Of a DNA stretch of 64,000 bases, positions 60,348 through 64,000 are shown one piece after another. The number at the start of each line of letters is the position of its first letter. Within the stretch, counting starts at the first letter, position 1. Source of the DNA: Minisyncoccota bacterium. Its GTDB lineage: Bacteria > Patescibacteriota > Minisyncoccia > Phycocordibacterales > UBA9973. The stretch is from assembly GCA_035510575.1 (NCBI GenBank), contig DATKGV010000004.1, forward strand, positions 6,839 to 70,838, written 5' to 3'. Position numbers and translations under genes: made by a program. The notes beneath the pieces were generated by a model, which was not told where the DNA came from, did not search any database, and saw nothing but the letters and a program-made list of their open reading frames with translations.

Positions 60348-63020
60348 CTATTTTTTCAAAACCCTTTTTAGATATTTACCGGTATATGAATTTTTATTAC
60401 CTGCCACTTCTTCAGGTGTTCCACGAGCGACAATTTTACCGCCACCAAGACCGCCTTCAGGCCCAATATCTATAATATAATCAGAGTTTTTTATGATATC
60501 CATATTATGTTCAATAATAACAACAGTATTCCCTTTATTCACAAGCTTATTTAAGACCTCTAAAAGTTTCGCCACATCATCATAATGCAATCCGACTGTC
60601 GGCTCGTCCAAAAGATAAATGGTTTTTTCCAGATGCGGACGGTACAGTTCCGAAGAAATTTTCACGCGCTGAGCTTCCCCGCCGGAAAGCGTTGTCGCCG
60701 ATTGTCCAAGCTTTATATATCCAAGTCCGACATCCATAAGAGTATTCAAGCGGTCATAGATTGCCGGTATGTCTTCAAAAAATTTTACGGCTTCTTCGAC
60801 AGTCATTTGGAGAATTTCGTAAATATTCTTCTTTTTGTATTTAACTGTCAGTGTTTCCTTATCGAAACGTTTGCCCAGACAGACATCGCAAGTCACATAA
60901 ACAGTCGGCAAGAAATGCATTTCCACCGCCACTTCGCCGTTGCCTTCGCAGGCCTCGCAGCGCCCGCCTTTGACATTGAAAGAAAAGCGATTTGATTTCC
61001 AGCCGCGCAAGCGGGCTTCCTCGCTTCCCGCAAATAAATCACGCATATGAGTAAAAGATCCTGTATAAGTGGCAATATTCGAGCGTGGCGTGCGGCCTAT
61101 CGGCGACTGATCAATCAATATCGAGCGCGACAAATATTCTGTTCCGGAAAATGAAGCGCAATTATAAACTTTGGCTGTACGATATTTCATATCATATTTG
61201 GCTTGCAGATTTTTATGCAGAATTTCATACATGAAAGAACTCTTGCCTGATCCCGAGACGCCGGTTATCGTAATCATTTTCCCGAGAGGAATTTCCACGT
61301 TAAGATTATTGATATTGAAAATTTTTCCGCCGATTATTTTTAGGGATCCTTTGTTGCTCGTACGACGCTTTTCCGGAATTTCGATTTTCAATTCATTGCG
61401 TAAATAAGCAAGCGTGCGCGACTTTGACGGATTTGTTTTGGCTGTCAGCAACGGCTCTAAATAATCCGAGACAATAACTTGCCCGCCATGAACTCCAGCT
61501 TTCGGCCCTATATCAACTATGTAATCAGATGCATAAATTGTATCTTCATCATGTTCCACTATTATAATCGTGTTGCCGATATCGCGAAGGTTTTCAAGCG
61601 TTTTTATTAATCGGTCGTTATCGCGCTGATGCAACCCTATTGTCGGTTCGTCAAGCACATACAGCGCACCGACAAGTCGAGAGCCGAGCTGGGAGGCCAG
61701 GCGTATGCGCTGGGCTTCTCCGCCAGATAAAGTATTGGCTTTTCTATCAAGCGACAGATAATCAAGCCCGACATTAAGCAAAAATTGGATTCTTGATTCA
61801 ATTTCTTTAATAACAACGTTTGAAATTTCTTTCTCCTGTTCGGTTAATTCAAGCTCAATGAAAAAATCGGCAACTTGCTGTATGGAAAGATGAGTAAGAT
61901 TTACTATATTCATTCCCTTCCCATAGGTCGGACCTATGGTCTTTTGGTTTTTATTATTTGTCCATAGGTCCGACCTATGGGAAGAACCTAAGAAAACATT
62001 TAATGCTTCAGGGCGCAAGCGAGCGCCAAGGCAGGTATCGCAAGGTTCCGTTCCGCCAAAATATTTGGTACCTAAGCCGTTACAAGTTGGACAGGCGCCA
62101 TAGGGAGAATTGAATGAGAATAACCTTGGCTCAATTTCTGGGAAAGAAAAACCGTCTTTCGGGCAAGCAAATTTAGAAGACATTAAAAATTCCTCGTCAG
62201 TAATTTTAATAATAACCAATCCTTCGGATTCAATAAGCGCGCGCTCAATAGCTTCAGCCAAGCGCATTCTGGCATCATCGGGAGCATCTTTAAATTCATG
62301 AATTGCAAAAGAATCCACAAGGACTTCTATATCGTGCTTTTTATTTTTTGAAATATCTATGCGTTCGCGAAGATTCCTGATTTCTCCATCCATGCGCACT
62401 TTAGTAAAACCCTTGTTAAGCAAATCATAAAGCAATTGGTAATATTCCCCCTTGCGCCCGCGAATAACCGGCGAAAGAATATCAACCGGTGTCTCATCCC
62501 ATTTCACACCCAGCACTTCCTTCTTGCCAGATGGCCTTTTGTGTACCTTTATTTTATCAAGAGCAAAATTCATTATTTCTCCACTCGAAAGTTTTTTTAT
62601 TTCATCTCCGCATATCGGGCAATGCGGCCTGCCAATGCGCGCATAAAGCACCCGAAGATAATCGTATATTTCAGTGATAGTAGCAACTGTTGAACGCGGA
62701 TTATTGGAACGCGATTTCTGGTCAATGGAAATTGCCGGAGAAAGGCCGGTAATCTCATCGACATCCGGCTTAGGCATTTGATTCAAAAATTGGCGGGCAT
62801 AAGCGGAAAGCGATTCCACATAGCGGCGCTGGCCTTCGGCAAAAATAGTATCAAAAGCAAGCGAGCTCTTTCCCGATCCCGATATGCCGGTAATAACCAC
62901 CATTTTATTGCGCGGCATTTCAACATCTATATTTTTCAAATTGTGCGTCCTAGCGCCTTTGATTATTATTTTACTTGCCCCGCCTAGGCGTGGGTCTGTG
63001 TTTTTATCTAATTTGTTCAT
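60348..63020 (-). CDS. uvrA: Excinuclease ABC subunit A
   Basis: GARTHNLKN, two Walker A motifs (GSGKSS), two LSGGEAQR signatures, zinc fingers. Confidence 0.98.
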   Translation of the reverse strand: MNKLDKNTDPRLGGASKIIIKGARTHNLKNIDVEMPRNKMVVITGISGSGKSSLAFDTIFAEGQRRYVESLSAYARQFLNQMPKPDVDEITGLSPAISIDQKSRSNNPRSTVATITEIYDYLRVLYARIGRPHCPICGDEIKKLSSGEIMNFALDKIKVHKRPSGKKEVLGVKWDETPVDILSPVIRGRKGEYYQLLYDLLNKGFTKVRMDGEIRNLRERIDISKNKKHDIEVLVDSFAIHEFKDAPDDARMRLAEAIERALIESEGLVIIKITDEEFLMSSKFACPKDGFSFPEIEPRLFSFNSPYGACPTCNGLGTKYFGGTEPCDTCLGARLRPEALNVFLGSSHRSDLWTNNKNQKTIGPTYGKGMNIVNLTHLSIQQVADFFIELELTEQEKEISNVVIKEIESRIQFLLNVGLDYLSLDRKANTLSGGEAQRIRLASQLGSRLVGALYVLDEPTIGLHQRDNDRLIKTLENLRDIGNTIIIVEHDEDTIYASDYIVDIGPKAGVHGGQVIVSDYLEPLLTAKTNPSKSRTLAYLRNELKIEIPEKRRTSNKGSLKIIGGKIFNINNLNVEIPLGKMITITGVSGSGKSSFMYEILHKNLQAKYDMKYRTAKVYNCASFSGTEYLSRSILIDQSPIGRTPRSNIATYTGSFTHMRDLFAGSEEARLRGWKSNRFSFNVKGGRCEACEGNGEVAVEMHFLPTVYVTCDVCLGKRFDKETLTVKYKKKNIYEILQMTVEEAVKFFEDIPAIYDRLNTLMDVGLGYIKLGQSATTLSGGEAQRVKISSELYRPHLEKTIYLLDEPTVGLHYDDVAKLLEVLNKLVNKGNTVVIIEHNMDIIKNSDYIIDIGPEGGLGGGKIVARGTPEEVAGNKNSYTGKYLKRVLKK
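61921..61980. repeat. Inverted pair of CCATAGGTC-S-GACCTATGG palindromes, in-frame in uvrA
   Basis: ccataggtcggacctatgg (61921-61939) and ccataggtccgacctatgg (61962-61980). Confidence 0.88.
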
Positions 63021-63103
63021 ATGACAGAAACGACACCCCTTAATGTTCTATAGGGGTGCATATCAATATTAAACTGAGTTAATAGTAACACAAAGCGCAA
63101 CAC

Positions 63104-63335
63104 TTGACAAATATTTTTGATTATGCTAGCATATCCATAAATCTGTTACTTCACGTAAACATCAAAAGCAAGAGATTTTATCTCCTCTGCACATTTGGCC
63201 GTTTATATATAGACTGATAAAGAACTATAGCTTTTCGGAGCTTATATTATTAGAAACTAATATATCCGCCCAACGCGTAAATTTAAATCGAATAACAGAT
63301 TATGGCAGCGACGACAAGTTGTTGCCATTTTTTAT
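63104..63335 (+). ncRNA. Candidate stand-alone structured ncRNA of about 190 nt, with promoter and terminator
   Basis: TTGACA-17 nt-TAGCAT; closing stem 63135-63148 with 63293-63305; terminator tggcagcgac-gacaa-gttgttgcca-T6. Confidence 0.5.
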
Positions 63336-64000
63336 TTACCCTCTATTTTCCTTTTGAGCATCATAATTTCATCACGGAGAATTGCTGCAGTTTCAAAATC
63401 AAGTTCTTTGACTGCCCTATTCATTTCTTTTTCTTTTATATTTATAATTTTATTATAGACAAGTTTATTGCGCTCGTCATCTGGAAGTAAAAGATTGCTG
63501 ATTGATTCTTTTTCTGTCTTTCCCTTTTTATTTTTATCTTTAACAAACGCTTTCTTGAATAATTCAACATCAAGATCAAGTTCAGCATTTACTGCTTTCT
63601 CATGCTTGTTTTCAAGCTCTTCTGTTATATCTTTAATTTTTTTAATAATAGTTTTTGGAGTAATACCATTCTTTTTATTATATGCCACTTGAATGGCGCG
63701 TCTGCGATTCGTTTCGCCTATCGCTCTTTCAAGCGAACCTGTCATAATATCAGCGTAAAGTATTACTCTGCCTTCCACATTGCGAGCAGCGCGTCCGATA
63801 GTTTGAATAAGAGAGGTCTCGGATCGAAGAAATCCTTCCTTATCGGCATCCAGTATTCCGATAAGCGCGACTTCTGGCAAATCAAGCCCTTCTCTTAATA
63901 AGTTTACTCCAACTAAAATATCTATTTCCCCTTTTCTAAATTGCGTTAATATTTGAATACGTTCAATTGTTTTTATTTCACTGTGTAAATACTCTGCTTT
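63332..64000 (-). CDS. uvrB: Excinuclease ABC subunit B, C-terminal part
   Basis: [50 protein letters not shown] motifs. Confidence 0.96.
   Translation of the reverse strand, partial: KAEYLHSEIKTIERIQILTQFRKGEIDILVGVNLLREGLDLPEVALIGILDADKEGFLRSETSLIQTIGRAARNVEGRVILYADIMTGSLERAIGETNRRRAIQVAYNKKNGITPKTIIKKIKDITEELENKHEKAVNAELDLDVELFKKAFVKDKNKKGKTEKESISNLLLPDDERNKLVYNKIINIKEKEMNRAVKELDFETAAILRDEIMMLKRKIEGK

Overview
Chromosomal window from an AT-rich bacterium, most likely a Candidate Phyla Radiation (Parcubacteria-like) organism. This is inferred from gene content: VirB2-type pilin array, short prfA, fermentative carbon genes, atp operon, dcw start, uvrABC. Most of it is housekeeping. Four things stand out. 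(1) A complete diversity-generating retroelement (DGR) at about 28.6-31.0 kb: RT, avd, template repeat (TR) and a membrane-anchored target gene. TR and variable repeat (VR) differ by 14 substitutions, all at TR adenines. RT and avd lie head-to-head on opposite strands and share one C10/G10 tract; removing one base gives both genes in-frame ATG starts, which suggests a phase-variation switch. The VR also carries a 2-nt frameshifting insertion. (2) Several families of small palindromic elements sit in-frame inside conserved proteins (DapF, AtpD, AtpG, AtpB, AlkD, UvrA, UvrC, a methyltransferase); one family has an empty-versus-filled site pair that fixes its ends. (3) A small GIY-YIG gene is bracketed by tRNA-Glu and a duplicate of the tRNA 5' end. 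(4) There are candidate structured RNAs: an attenuator-like leader before a tyrosine recombinase and a promoter/terminator-bounded unit between uvrA and uvrB. All calls come from reading the sequence by eye; no database searches or folding programs were run.
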